Source: Schmidtea polychroa (Eukaryota). From it: a stretch of DNA of 64,000 bases. Under the pieces are notes generated by a model that did not search any database, had not been told where the DNA came from, and saw only the letters and a program-made list of their open reading frames with translations. The stretch covers positions 105,688,397-105,752,396 of the forward strand of contig CM097887.1 of the NCBI GenBank assembly GCA_044892525.1, written 5' to 3'. Of this stretch, positions 38,273 through 50,900 are shown in pieces (within the stretch, counting starts at the first letter, position 1; every line of letters begins with the position of its first letter). Made by a program: the position numbers and the translations under genes.

Positions 38273-40686
38273 TAAAGGAAAAGATATTTCCATATTTGAT
38301 GTTGTCAATATTTATTTAGTTATGCCTTGTACACCTCTATATTATTTATTATTGGATTTTAGTTATATTACTAACAAGTGCCGACATTTATGAATCCATT
38401 GTTTAAATTCGATTTTTTAAAATATTTTAAAAATTGGCCTATTACAGTTTAAATTATAAAAATTAATAAAAAATTTGTAATTTTTCTTTGCATTGCTATT
38501 GGATACTTTAAACGACACGAGCAATGATTTTGATGTAACAGAATTTGTTTTCTTTCATATTTCCTTTTATTAAATAATGAAATAAACACAGCAAAGATTT
38601 TATTAGAATGCACACCACTCAGACATCCATTTTACGATATATTTTTCCATTATCTCTCCTTTGTACGAACTTGTTGAACAGTAAAATGTGTATAGGAAAT
38701 AAAATTCTCGCATCACGCCAATGCTCAATTAATAATATAAGCGAATAGAATAATTTAATAAAAATAGAGAGAATTAATTGGCTACACAAAAGAACAACAT
38801 TTCAATAATAATAATAATTTTAGGATTTTTTGACTTTAATTTTAACACAGAAATTATAAATATATTTTTCATGTTTTTACATTAACTATTCAATACATGC
38901 CAAATTTATGTTTGAAATTAAAATAAAGGTTTGCACAGTTTTAAAAGAAATTAAATCATAGAACTGGAGGTTATTGATTTAATTTAAATTTCCGCGTTTT
39001 GAAATAAACTAAATTTATTCACAACGTTGCTGGAATATAAATCATGAATACTATAGAAAAGTTAACAAAACAAAAAACATAGAAATAAACTTTAAATTCG
39101 AAATTAAATCAAGATCCAATCAAAAGGCAGATAATTCATATAAAAAGATTAAAATCTTCAAATTGATTTTCAAAATATTCCATAGTTGAAAATTCGCATT
39201 TTTGCACCCTCTTGTCACTATTACATCACAGCGCTTCAATCTCCTCCAAAAAGTATGACGGGATTGTAACAAAAATGTAAATTATCAATAAATTAAGAAC
39301 TAATTAATCATTATTATTGTTGTTGTTTAATTGTGCCAACCACTACCGTTATTAAATTAATCTTCGAAGTCATATTCCTAAAATTCAAATATATACAAAT
39401 ATGAATTACTGTTGGATTTCACTAATGTCTGCATTCATTTGTTTTTAAGTGTCGCATGTGTCATTGTTTAAGTGGATGTATTTTTAACATTTAACCAATA
39501 TTAATTTATGTTTTATTTTCAGGAGTAACACAGCAGTAGAAAGAACTAGTTTTTTATTAAAAAAAATAATATTATTCCAATTTATGTGTGTTATTATTTA
39601 TTATTATTAGTAATGACTAGATTCTGTAAATGTATCTTGTTTTCATTATTCACAGAGATGAAAGTATGAGATGGAATTCCACTTTTCACGCAGACTATCT
39701 TCAATATATTATATTATTACGTCACTGTTATTATAGTTTCATTTTTATTGGCTGAGTTGGCCTGACACAAAAATTTTTATTCAATAATCTAACTTATTAT
39801 TTTTATTGTTATGTTTAGTATTTCTGATGGGAAATTTTTTTGTTTTTTATATTTTATTGTTATAGACATTATTTCTATATTCATTTGATTTCATTTGATT
39901 TAGATGAGTTGTGAGTGATTTGAAAGATGTGAATGATTTTTATCATCAAATGGAAGTTGTTAGCTTCTTGTAAACAAATAGATATTTCATTGAAAGGAAT
40001 TTTTGTTGTTTTATTTATTAATGAAAAGTTTATTTTAAGAGAATTGAAAATGAATGAATATACATATATATTGAATGAAAGTACTTTTTATTTAACATGC
40101 ACTATTTTGTCTGAAGTTAGGATATCTTTTTAGTTTAAAAACCAAATAGATATTTTGATTTTGAGCTTGCATTAATAAAAAATTAATTTTGTTTAACATA
40201 ATGCTCGTTAATTAATATTTATTAGAATTTTTTAATAATGTTTTAAGCAATCTAAACTTGTATTTATGTGCTAATTTTATTGAATTTAGGGAAGTATAAA
40301 TTTCGTAATGTCAAACTAAATTGTAAAATCTAATTCACATTTGGTCTTTGTTCAATTTTCTCTATCTTCATTATTTGGACACGATTAAAAGATTTTTCTA
40401 TATTTTAACACTTATAAAAATGCATTGAAGCACATTATTTCATAAATACTTTTGATACTAAATAATAGATATTAAAAATAATATTTTATTTCTATCTTAC
40501 AAAATTAATGTTATGAGAAACCCATCTCCAATTTTCTTTACATTTAATTCAATGGTAAAATCTAATATTCATATCAATGTTTTAATCGTAATATAATATT
40601 GTTAAATTAACTATAACAAAACCTTGTTTTAAATACATTTAAGAAAATTATTTATTTACTATTGAGATTTGCTTCATAGTTATAAC

Positions 40687-41179
40687 CAGTGGTGGCATTC
40701 AGCCGGTTCGCACGAACCGTTTCTATTCTACCGCTTATTAACAAAAAAAAATTGGAAATATTTACAATAATTTTAAACACATTATAATATATCGTCGGTT
40801 TAAAAGCAGAAATCACTAAGTCAAAAATCAACTTAGGAATTTCTGATTGTATTATAATAGCACGATTGACATAGTGCAATAAATGTCCGCCTAAAAACCT
40901 CAACAATATCAATTTACGACTTATAAGATTTTGCCCAAATAAAGTTGGCATTATAATGATTTAATTTAGTACAAAAAATCAAAATCTTGGAAAATGTACT
41001 TAGTGAATTTTGCTTGTAAACCAACGATATATATGTATATATTTGAAAAAGGCAGTGCCTAAAATTCGTGAGTATCAACAAACATCGATATATTACTGAT
41101 TTATAGTCTTCAAGCTCTCTTTTTATTTCAATGGATAAAATAATCAGTGGTGAAATTGGAAGAAATAAAAGTTATTACA

Positions 41180-41226
<47 letters not shown>

Positions 41227-41384
41227 TAATAAGAAATATAGATATATCTGTTTCTATTATCTTTTTTTATTGAAATCTTTTAAAATAATTTATGAAAAAA
41301 GTTTAATTTTTGGTTGAGTGCGATCCGGTTCTCAAATTTTTGAGGGTGCGAACCGGTTATTAAATATTTTGAATCACACCACTG
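40687..41384. mobile_element. hAT-type MITE containing a (TA)n run
   Basis: TIRs CAGTGGTGGCATTCA / CAGTGGTGTGATTCA; perfect TSD GTTATAAC (40679-86, 41385-92); subterminal CGAACCG(G/T)TT motifs; (TA)n at about 41180-41222. Confidence 0.85.
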
Positions 41385-42317
41385 GTTATAACTTTTCTTG
41401 TCATAGGATTTAAGACTGCAATACATTATTGCGACTTATAAAGTCCAACAACATAAGATTATTGATTATTTTAAGTCATAATTGAAAAAAAACTTGAAAA
41501 TCAATTAGATTTTAGAACTATAAATATGACCTTGAAAAACTTTTAATACGCTGAGATTTTTTATCATTTCAAATAAGAACTTGTAATTTCTAACATAGTA
41601 TACATGATGCTATAGAAAATTTAATTATGGTTAACAACTAAATGTATTTTGAAAACAATCGAATAGATTTCTTGCGAAATCGAAAATTTGTAAAAAGATA
41701 ATGACTCATAATTTCAGTGAAATTTATTTCTCGTAAATCAAAATAATTGTTCTTATATACACTTCATAATCTCAAATATTTATATAACACAAATATCCAA
41801 TAAAGATTCCAACTATTATAACCTTAACATGCATTTTTTGAAAAAAAAAGCCGGCAAAGAAATAATTGTAGAAGAATGTTTATTTGAACTTTATTTAACA
41901 ATACAAAATTACTCAATTTTTATTTTCATAGTATGAGACAGCTCTCGACCAATCACGTTAAGGCGGTTGTTATCATATAAAATCAGTCTATTTCTGTTGA
42001 TTTAACAAATCTTTAAATTAAGTATCATTAATTCAAAAAACAATAAATTATAATATTTTACTAAAATCTTATTTTTTGTTTATTTAAACACATGCAACTA
42101 AGATGAATTTATTGCGTGCATATATATTGCAAATATTTATAACTGAATTAGTGTTACCCACTATTTAATTATCCCACGAAAAGGTTTGCCGAAGACTAAT
42201 ATAAGACTAGAATATTCCTGCAATTTAAAGAAAGTATCTGAATCTAACTGAATATATTTTTTAAAATGGTGAAGGTTAAAAGTGAAGGACCAAATGTTTC
42301 TACGTGTTTGTTTAAAC

Positions 42318-42653
42318 CAGGGGTTTCAAACTCAAACTGGCCTGCGGGCCGCATTAGACTAGTATTATGAGCCGGCGGGCCGCAACATAAATAATTGTTT
42401 TTCAGAACATGTGGAGTCTGAAACTCCGACGTTAATATTTATTTAATTAAAAACTCAACAAAACTAAAAAACATTTTTTTATTATTAAGAATAATAATAA
42501 TAATAATATGTATAACGTCATATGTATAAATAAAAATAATTAAAAAGATAAGTTTTAATTTATACAGCCAAATATGATTTTAATTGTTAAATAAGTTTGG
42601 TTAAATTACAAAACTATGTTTTTTCGTTGCGGGCCGCGTGTTTGAGACCCCTG
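42318..42653. mobile_element. Buster/Charlie-type hAT MITE
   Basis: TIRs CAGGGGTTTCAAAC / CAGGGGTCTCAAAC; TSD GTTTAAAC / GTCTAAAC; three subterminal GCGGGCCGC motifs. Confidence 0.88.
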
Positions 42654-43218
42654 GTCTAAACTTTCTGCTTGTCGAATTAGATTTGTCAACAGTATTGAAA
42701 TAAAAATTGCAATAAAAATTTTTCAATTAAACCGATTTTTAGAAATATTTGATCAATAAAACTTGCTATTTGTGCGGTATTCTATTATGAGGACCACATC
42801 TCAATAAAGAATTATTCACAGGGGTTTCCTAGAGCTTCACACATCTAATTTTAATTTATATCATAATTGTATTTCATGTTAAAGAATTTATCCTTACTTA
42901 TTTTGTAAAAAATCATTCATGAGAAAGTTTATAGGCCAAAACTGGATCCAGTTAACCACAGTAGTGAACCATTTGAATGTTATTATGCACCTTTTGATAA
43001 ATGAACATATGGTCGCATTTCTCACAATTCATCCACCTTATGCTGAATTTACTTTTACCGTTTTTAATATATTGAACTAAAATTACAAAAAAATATTTTA
43101 ATATTAGTAAAAGTGAAATTTTTAGCAATTTATAGGTACTAATATTCATAGAAATGATGACTTGTATTGTCATTTATTAGCTTAATAGTTATGTTAGTTT
43201 TATTACTATATATATATA

Positions 43219-43612
43219 CAGTGCTTCTTTTCTGACGGAACGCTCCGGAACCTTTTTTCGCTGAATCATTTTATTAAATTGACATAAGTTTTGGTTTTTT
43301 GTCATATTTCTATTTCTAACATTTCAAATAGTCCACTACAATCAAATTAAAAGTAATAGTCGTACACCAAATAGAGTGAATCATTACTCCGTGCTTCCTA
43401 TGTGTTATTACTATTATATAAAACACGCTCACGGTGAATATACGCAATTAATATACTACGTCATTAAAATCGTTTCCTGTCGTCGGTAAAAAGTGTAAAT
43501 TTTGTGTCCTGCATAATTATTTTATTTGTTAGCTAATTTCAGCGTCATTTTTTGCATATAAAGGATAGTACAGATTCGTTCCGGCACCTTTTTTTCCAGA
43601 AGAAACGCACTC
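43219..43612. mobile_element. hAT-type MITE
   Basis: Ends CAGTGCTTCTTTTCTG / GAGTGCGTTTCTTCTG with subterminal CGGAACG; flanked on both sides by TATATATA. Confidence 0.65.
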
Positions 43613-45409
43613 TATATATATAATGGGGTAATGGGGATATTTTCTACTCAATATTATGAATTCCACCGTGAAATGTGGGGTATCCTTTAACTTTTTTCTT
43701 TATATAGTTCTAAAATCTATCAAAAAAAATACGAGTGTGAATCTCTTGAGGAGAAGTGTAGTGAAATCCCGACTAGAAATAAAATGAAGAAATTTCGCTA
43801 CTCTAATCAGTCAATCATTAAACATATTTGAAATCGCATCATTACAATGTTTATTACTTGGTTATGACAACATAAAATGTTAACTTTTCTATAGTTGACT
43901 TCGTGGTAACAGAATGTTCCATCCAGTGTTGCATAACTGTGTTTGATATTTATCATTGGTATGTAGCTTATTGTGCTGTTACATCCGTGGTCTTCTTTGT
44001 TATTAACTACTCTGTGGCAGTGAATACTTGCTCTGATGAACTCGTATTCATTGTTATTCTCCAATTGCTCAATAATTTTATGAAGGATGACTGACTGAAA
44101 TTCAGAGATGGCAAAAAATCTGTGAGTAATATATTGTAACAACAATTTTGTTCCCAACTGTTTGCGAACCAGAAAAATCTGCTTCGTTACATGCTATACT
44201 GTTGGAGTTTGTAGAAATTGCAACATGTTCTGTTTTCATTTGTGACATCATCTAAAAGAGTCAATGTTACTTTTCCTTCAGATAGATACGAATGATGACG
44301 CAGGAACTTTTCAAAGCAACACTGAAAATATTTTCATTTTCCTCTGCATATTTGTCAATTTCTGAGAAGCAGAACTCCTTGTCCCCGTTTATTTTAATCA
44401 TTTGTAATGTCTTTGTGGCTAGAATATCGAAGAAATCTTCCAGCTCTTCCTAACACCTATATTCATTTTGCCGTAATTAGGGTCTGCAATAATCTTGGAA
44501 ATCGTCAATCTGATTTTTTAGCCCATTTTTTGATCTATTTTCAAAATCTTTCCAACTTCATCATCCATTATCCATTTGTCATAGTACAAACCATGCTACT
44601 GTCGATATTATTTTAAACATTGAAAGTCGTCTTTTTGAATAGTAAATTTTCACTTTTCATTTTTTGCACTTTTTAAATTAAAAATTTTTGAGATTATAAT
44701 ACTGTATAAATTTTGTATAATTTGTCAAGGAATTCGTTATTTTTAGATTTTAAAAATTATTCATTTGTATTCTTTTTTAGTTTATATTGTAATCCCAAAA
44801 TCATGTGAATATTTTAGTATGATAACTGGATTCCTTTTTCAGTAATTTATACAAGATTCCGGGATTACTAACTTTAGATGGAATACCAGAGAATGTTTGA
44901 CTTTGTTTTTCCATATTTTTCTCTAATTTACCCTATTCCCTGAATACGTTTGTTATGTTATGTATTATAATTGTTATATTAGAATTGTTATAGTATGAAG
45001 AGGAATTTATAGTGCCAAGTAGAGTCACCTTTAAAATCTGTATTGAGTCTGATTAAATTAATATTTAATTATAGGATAAGGTTATAACAAAATGATAAAA
45101 TTTTTACAACTTTTATTAAACTAAAAAATAATAACACGCACCAGACTGATTCCATAAAATCATTCTTCCTGCATTCTTTGCATATTTTTCGATCGTTAGT
45201 TTTTTCAATTTTCTTTATTATAAGAACTTTTTTTCCAAATTTCACCACTGATTTCTTTTCCATTGACATTGTATTTAGTTTGTAGATTTTAAGTGAGTTG
45301 CCCTTTTACACATTTTCCTATTCTCAACTATATGACTCACGCTTTTCAATCCTCAATTTCTAAGGAAATTCATTTCAATTCGTTGATTTTATAACAAAGC
45401 ATACCATTG

Positions 45410-46590
45410 ATCTTTCTGACTATATTATGTCTTGATGAAACTAGTTTATTTACACATGTTCCATTAAATGAAACTATAGATCTTTGCTCAGTATTGTGGA
45501 ATGATAATATGTTGAATAATCAGATTTTAGATGAAGTTGCATTTCGTGAATTGTTGATTTTTGCCACTTCTAATGGTGCATTTCTTTTTAATGATAATTT
45601 GTTTCAACAAGTTGTTGGTGTAATAACGGGATCACTATTAGCTCCAACTCTTACATCAATTTTTCTTTAAAAAAATTTGAGAAAAAATTTCAGATTATCC
45701 TCTTGTAGGTCTTATGATATATTAACGTTACGTCGATGATATTCTTTTAGTATTTTATAGTTCTGATGATGTCCTTTCTTTTTCAAATCATATGAACGGG
45801 ATTCATTCAAATATAAAGCTTACAATGAAAGAAGAAGCTAATTCTTTTCTACCAATTTTAGATTTGTGAGTGGAAAAAAGAGTTAATGGTTTTTAAACAT
45901 AAATGTACACAAAGCCAACGGATACAGGCATATACGCTACCTCTAAAAGCTTTTGTGACTTTAAATATAATAAAAATATGATTAAGGGTTTGATTTTTAG
46001 ATATACATACGCTCGTTTCTCTTTTGAATAAAAATGATAATTCAAAGGGTTTTGTATAAAGATCGACTAAGGAAACCATTAATCATCTTTTGATTGCACC
46101 TGACGAAAATAATGAAAATTGCACTTCATTTAATGACGATAAACCTTTAAAATCTCATGTTTTAGTTATTCTATATTCTGAAGGCTTTAAAAGTGTTAAG
46201 TTTTCTGTAATGAAATCATTAGTCAATTCTAATTTATTTAAAATAGTATCAAAATCTTTAAAATCATTAAATATATCTAAAAATAAATTTCAAGCCCAAT
46301 AGGTTTAGTGTTTGTTCTAATGTATAAGTTTTCATGTAAAAGGATCAATAACATTGGAGAGACTTACCGTTATCTCCACAAACGGGTTCAGGAACATAGA
46401 CTATTGAAAGACGAGAGTCATATATATTGAACATAGGAAAATTTGTAAAGAGGCAAATAACTTAAAATCTTAAAGTTTTATATAAAAACTTTAACAATAT
46501 ACTGGAAAGAATTTTATGGGAGGCACTGTCAATTTATTCACAATCTCCCACAATTATCATTCAACCAGCAACAAATTTATTGAGATTATT
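45410..46590 (+). mobile_element. Degenerate PLE: RT core through GIY-YIG endonuclease
   Basis: LDETSLFTHVPLNETI, GVITGSLLAPTL, RYVDDIL, NGIHSNIKLTMKEE..LPILD, YTKPTDTG, and later YKFSC...IGETYRYLHKRVQEH; multiple stops and frameshifts. Confidence 0.9.
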
Positions 46591-47968
46591 TAATTAACTC
46601 ATTTAATCATATTACATCATTGTTTCCGCATTTCCGTTAACATAGGTTACTATCGAAAACGGATGATGAGGGTATATATTTCGTTTGCTGGGCGTTTCCG
46701 AGTTTTCATTAAAAACTGGCCATCGTTTATAGATATATGTGTGTGTATTTAATTTTACAATTTATTAAAATAAAATTTATTATAAAATATTTTTCAAATT
46801 TAAATTAGAAAGTACTAAAAATATAAAAACAATCTCAGAACTTAAGCAGTATGATAAGCAATATTATATTGGTTTCATATTTTGATACGTTGGTTATGCC
46901 ATGACTGAAATATTGAACACTTACGTACCAAACGTTTATAATTATAACATTTATAATAATATTATTATCATTGGATTTACGCGTGTGAAAATTTATAAGT
47001 CTCTCAAATATGTGGAAATAGGTCAAAATTAGATTGCAAAATTTGATTCTATCAAACAAATCAAGTTAAATAGAATTTTGTATAAAATATTATTAGTATT
47101 CGTTAAAAATACAAAATGAATGCATTAGTTAATCCTTTCACACCGAGAACAGTATATTTTGGCACTAAAAATATTGACCAACAGAAAAAACAAAAATTTT
47201 TCAAGTATTTTTTCCATCGAAACGGAGTAGATTTGGAAAAAATATTTATAAATAAGCAATTGATATTAGACTGATGATGAAGATAAATGTCATTGATTGC
47301 AATTTTTTATTTACGATTAATATATATTTTATATACATATAATGATATTATAAATTAATAAATGTTAAATATTTACCTAGTCATTGTTATTTTACTCTTA
47401 TAATATTTATATGTTTGTGCGTGAAATGTTGTGTTAAAGAGAATTTGTAGAGCCCAGTCGAGTTTCCTTTAAAATCTGTCAGGACAGCTTGGATGCTTGT
47501 ATCTACGCCATTGCGACTGTGATATTAAAAATAAAATAACAATAATAACTTTTAACAAAATCTTTATTAAAATTTATTAAAACCTTTATCAAATATTTTA
47601 AATTCCAGTCTTCTTCCTTTCTAAGTGTTTTACTTCATTTCCGATTTCCAGCAAAATTTATAATTTCTTCCATAAATTTAATTTATTGATTCCGGATCTC
47701 TATAGTACAACTACAGATATCTTGTTTGTTTCCTTTTGAGCGAAAGGAAAGGGGAAAAATTAAACTTGATAAGAAAAAATACAGTCAAAAAAATAAATAT
47801 TATAAATACGACTTATTTATTAGCGAAAAATAATATTATTATAATTATTATATTACTATTAGAAATATAAATTTAAAAAAAAGGTTCTTAAAATGATAAC
47901 AAATTATCCCTGTATGAAATAATAGGAATAAAATTTCAAAATATAATATTAAATATTTCTCATTATAG

Positions 47969-50900
47969 ACGGAGAAAATTGAAAATATAATAAATTCAAT
48001 TAAAGGATTTTCGGATAAATTGCAAAATACAGTTCAAATAATAGAAAACAGACAAAGAGAAATATTCATACAAAGGCAAACGGTAAATGATTATGTAATC
48101 AACAGATGTAATTAAAGATTTTAGATGAAAACAGTTATAACCTACAACATTGAGGAATTACAATTAATGAAAAACGAAAAAGAGAAAATAAAAAGAGTAG
48201 ATGAAAATTTAACGATACAAGAAAAACTAAAAGAGAAAATAAACAAATTGAAAAAAGAAAGAGAAAAACTAAAGAAAATTATAATAAATCTTAAGGAAGA
48301 AAATCAACAAGGAAAATATGAAAGTGAAAGAAAAAGTAAGAGACAAAGGAATGAAAACCGATCTGAGGATAAACAAATAAAAGGTTTGATTAAAGAGAAT
48401 AGCGAACTATTAAAACAAGTAAATGTCACAAAAGAAATAACGCAATCTATAAACGAAAGATTACAAATAGAAATTACAAATAGTGAAAATTTATATAGAG
48501 AAAAGGAAAAATACAAGAATGCAGAAAATGTATTAAGAAATGAAAATATAAAATTATTAGAAGAAATCGATATATTGCGTAAAGAAATGCATCAGAAATA
48601 CGAAGGGTTCACTTTGACTTTGAAAGAGAAAGAAACAATTATCAGTGAATTGCATTCAATCAAAGTATCTCTCGAATCAAACATTGATCAAATGGCTCGA
48701 AGAGTGAGAGAAACAACAGAAATATCTGGTCTTGAGAGTGAGCTTGATGTCAAATTAGTGGAGTTATACCAAGAAATCGACACAAAGAATCTGGATATTG
48801 TCACTCTTAAAAATGAGAAACTGGCGCTGTTGACAAATATTGAAAGATTGCAAACGGAATTGCGTGAAAGTAAAGAAAAGTACGTAGATTCATTCGAACA
48901 GATGACAAGGACAGTCGTTCATAAATCCTTCGCTACCCAAGACGATGTTGAAGTTATTGAAAATGTAATCAAACCGGAAATTGCTTCTCAAATTTCGGCA
49001 ATCAGTGTGACTGACGATGCAAAACTCATTGAAGAATTGCAAACGAGAATCGAAGATCTTTTGAAAGAAATTCAACAACTTCGCAATGAGAAATTGGATT
49101 CTAAATTCACTACAACAGATCAAACAAGAATTCTTGAAACTTCTAAGTCTTCAGAAATGACTTCGATTGTAGTTCACGAAACAGCAACAGATGGGTCTGA
49201 CGGCATTTTGAATGAGATTTTCCAGGAATTAGAGGAAAAGAATCGAGAAATTTCAATGCTTCAAGACCAGAAAAGCTCTCTGATACATGAAATTGATCAA
49301 ATGAAACGAGAACTTATTAACAAAGACGCAGATGTAGAATTGAAATTGAAAGAAAAGAACAGTTTCATTATTGAATTGAAAAGGCAGAAAACGGAGTTGG
49401 AACAAAATGTCGAATATTTGACAAAGGAAATGAGCGAATGCGTGATTTACCGAAAGGATGGAGACGCGAATGAGAAACTTGTTGAGTTGTATAAAGAACT
49501 AGAGATTATGAACCACGATTTGATGTTGTTGAGAAATGAAAAAGTTACACTCTTAGAGGATATCGATAATATGCGCAGGGAAACGCATCAGAAATACGAA
49601 AGGTTCACTTTGACTTTGAAAGAGAAAGAAACAATTATCAGTGAATTGCATTCAATCAAAGTATCTCTCGAATCAAACATTGATCAAATGGCTCGAAGAG
49701 TGAGAGAAACAACAGAAATATCTGGTCTTGAGAGTGAGCTTGATGTCAAATTAGTGGAGTTATACCAAGAAATCGACACAAAGAATCTGGATATTGTCAC
49801 TCTTAAAAATGAGAAACTGGCGCTGTTGACAAATATTGAAAGATTGCAAACGGAATTGCGTGAAAGTAAAGAAAAGTACGTAGATTCATTCGAACAGATG
49901 ACAAGGACAGTCGTTCATAAATCCTTCGCTACCCAAGACGATGTTGAAGTTGATGAAAATGTAATCAAACCGGAAATTGCTTCTCAAATTTCGGCAATCA
50001 GTGTGACTGACGATGCAAAACTCATTGAAGAATTGCAAACGAGAATCGAAGATCTTTTGAAAGAAATTCAACAACTTCGCAATGAGAAATTGGATTCAAA
50101 ATTCACTACAACAGATCAAACAAGAATTCTTGAAACTTCTACGTCTTCAGAAATGACTTCGATTGTAGTTCACGAAACAGCAACAGATGGGTCTGACGGC
50201 ATTTTGAATGAGATTTTCCAGGAATTAGAGGAAAAGAATCGAGAAATTTCAATGCTTCAAGACCAGAAAAGCTCTCTGATACATGAAATTGATCAAATGA
50301 AACGAGAACTTATTAACAAAGACGCAGATGTAGAATTGAAATTGAAAGAAAAGAACAGTTTCATTATTGAATTGAAAAGGCAGAAAACGGAGTTGGAACA
50401 AAATGTCGAATATTTGACAAAGGAAATGAGCGAATGCGTGATTTACCGAAAGGATGGAGACGCGAATGAGAAACTTGTTGAGTTGTATAAAGAACTAGAG
50501 ATTAAGAACCACGATTTGATGTTGTTGAGAAATGAAAAAGTTACACTCTTAGAGGATATCGATAATATGCGCAGGGAAACGCATCAGAAATACGAAAGGT
50601 TCACTTTGACTTTGAAAGAGAAAGAAACAATTATCAGTGAATTGCATTCAATCAAAGTATCTCTCGAATCAAACATTGATCAAATGGCTCGAAGAGTGAG
50701 AGAAACAACAGAAATATCTGGTCTTGAGAGTGAGCTTGATGTCAAATTAGTGGAGTTATACCAAGAAATCGACACAAAGAATCTGGATATTGTCACTCTT
50801 AAAAATGAGAAACTGGCGCTGTTGACAAATATTGAAAGATTGCAAACGGAATTGCGTGAAAGTAAAGAAAAGTACGTAGATTCATTCGAACAGATGACAA

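Noticed and set aside
39655-39705. MRWNSTF hAT-transposase-like peptide
   Set aside because: Too short, with no flanking motifs or termini to support a feature.
46620-46725. Possible hammerhead downstream of the 45.4-46.6 kb PLE
   Set aside because: Only partial core words (TGATGA, GGAAAC) on opposite strands; stems do not close.
47390-47720. Candidate exons upstream of the giant frame, on either strand
   Set aside because: No phase-compatible + strand exon was found, and minus-strand frames are interrupted by stops.
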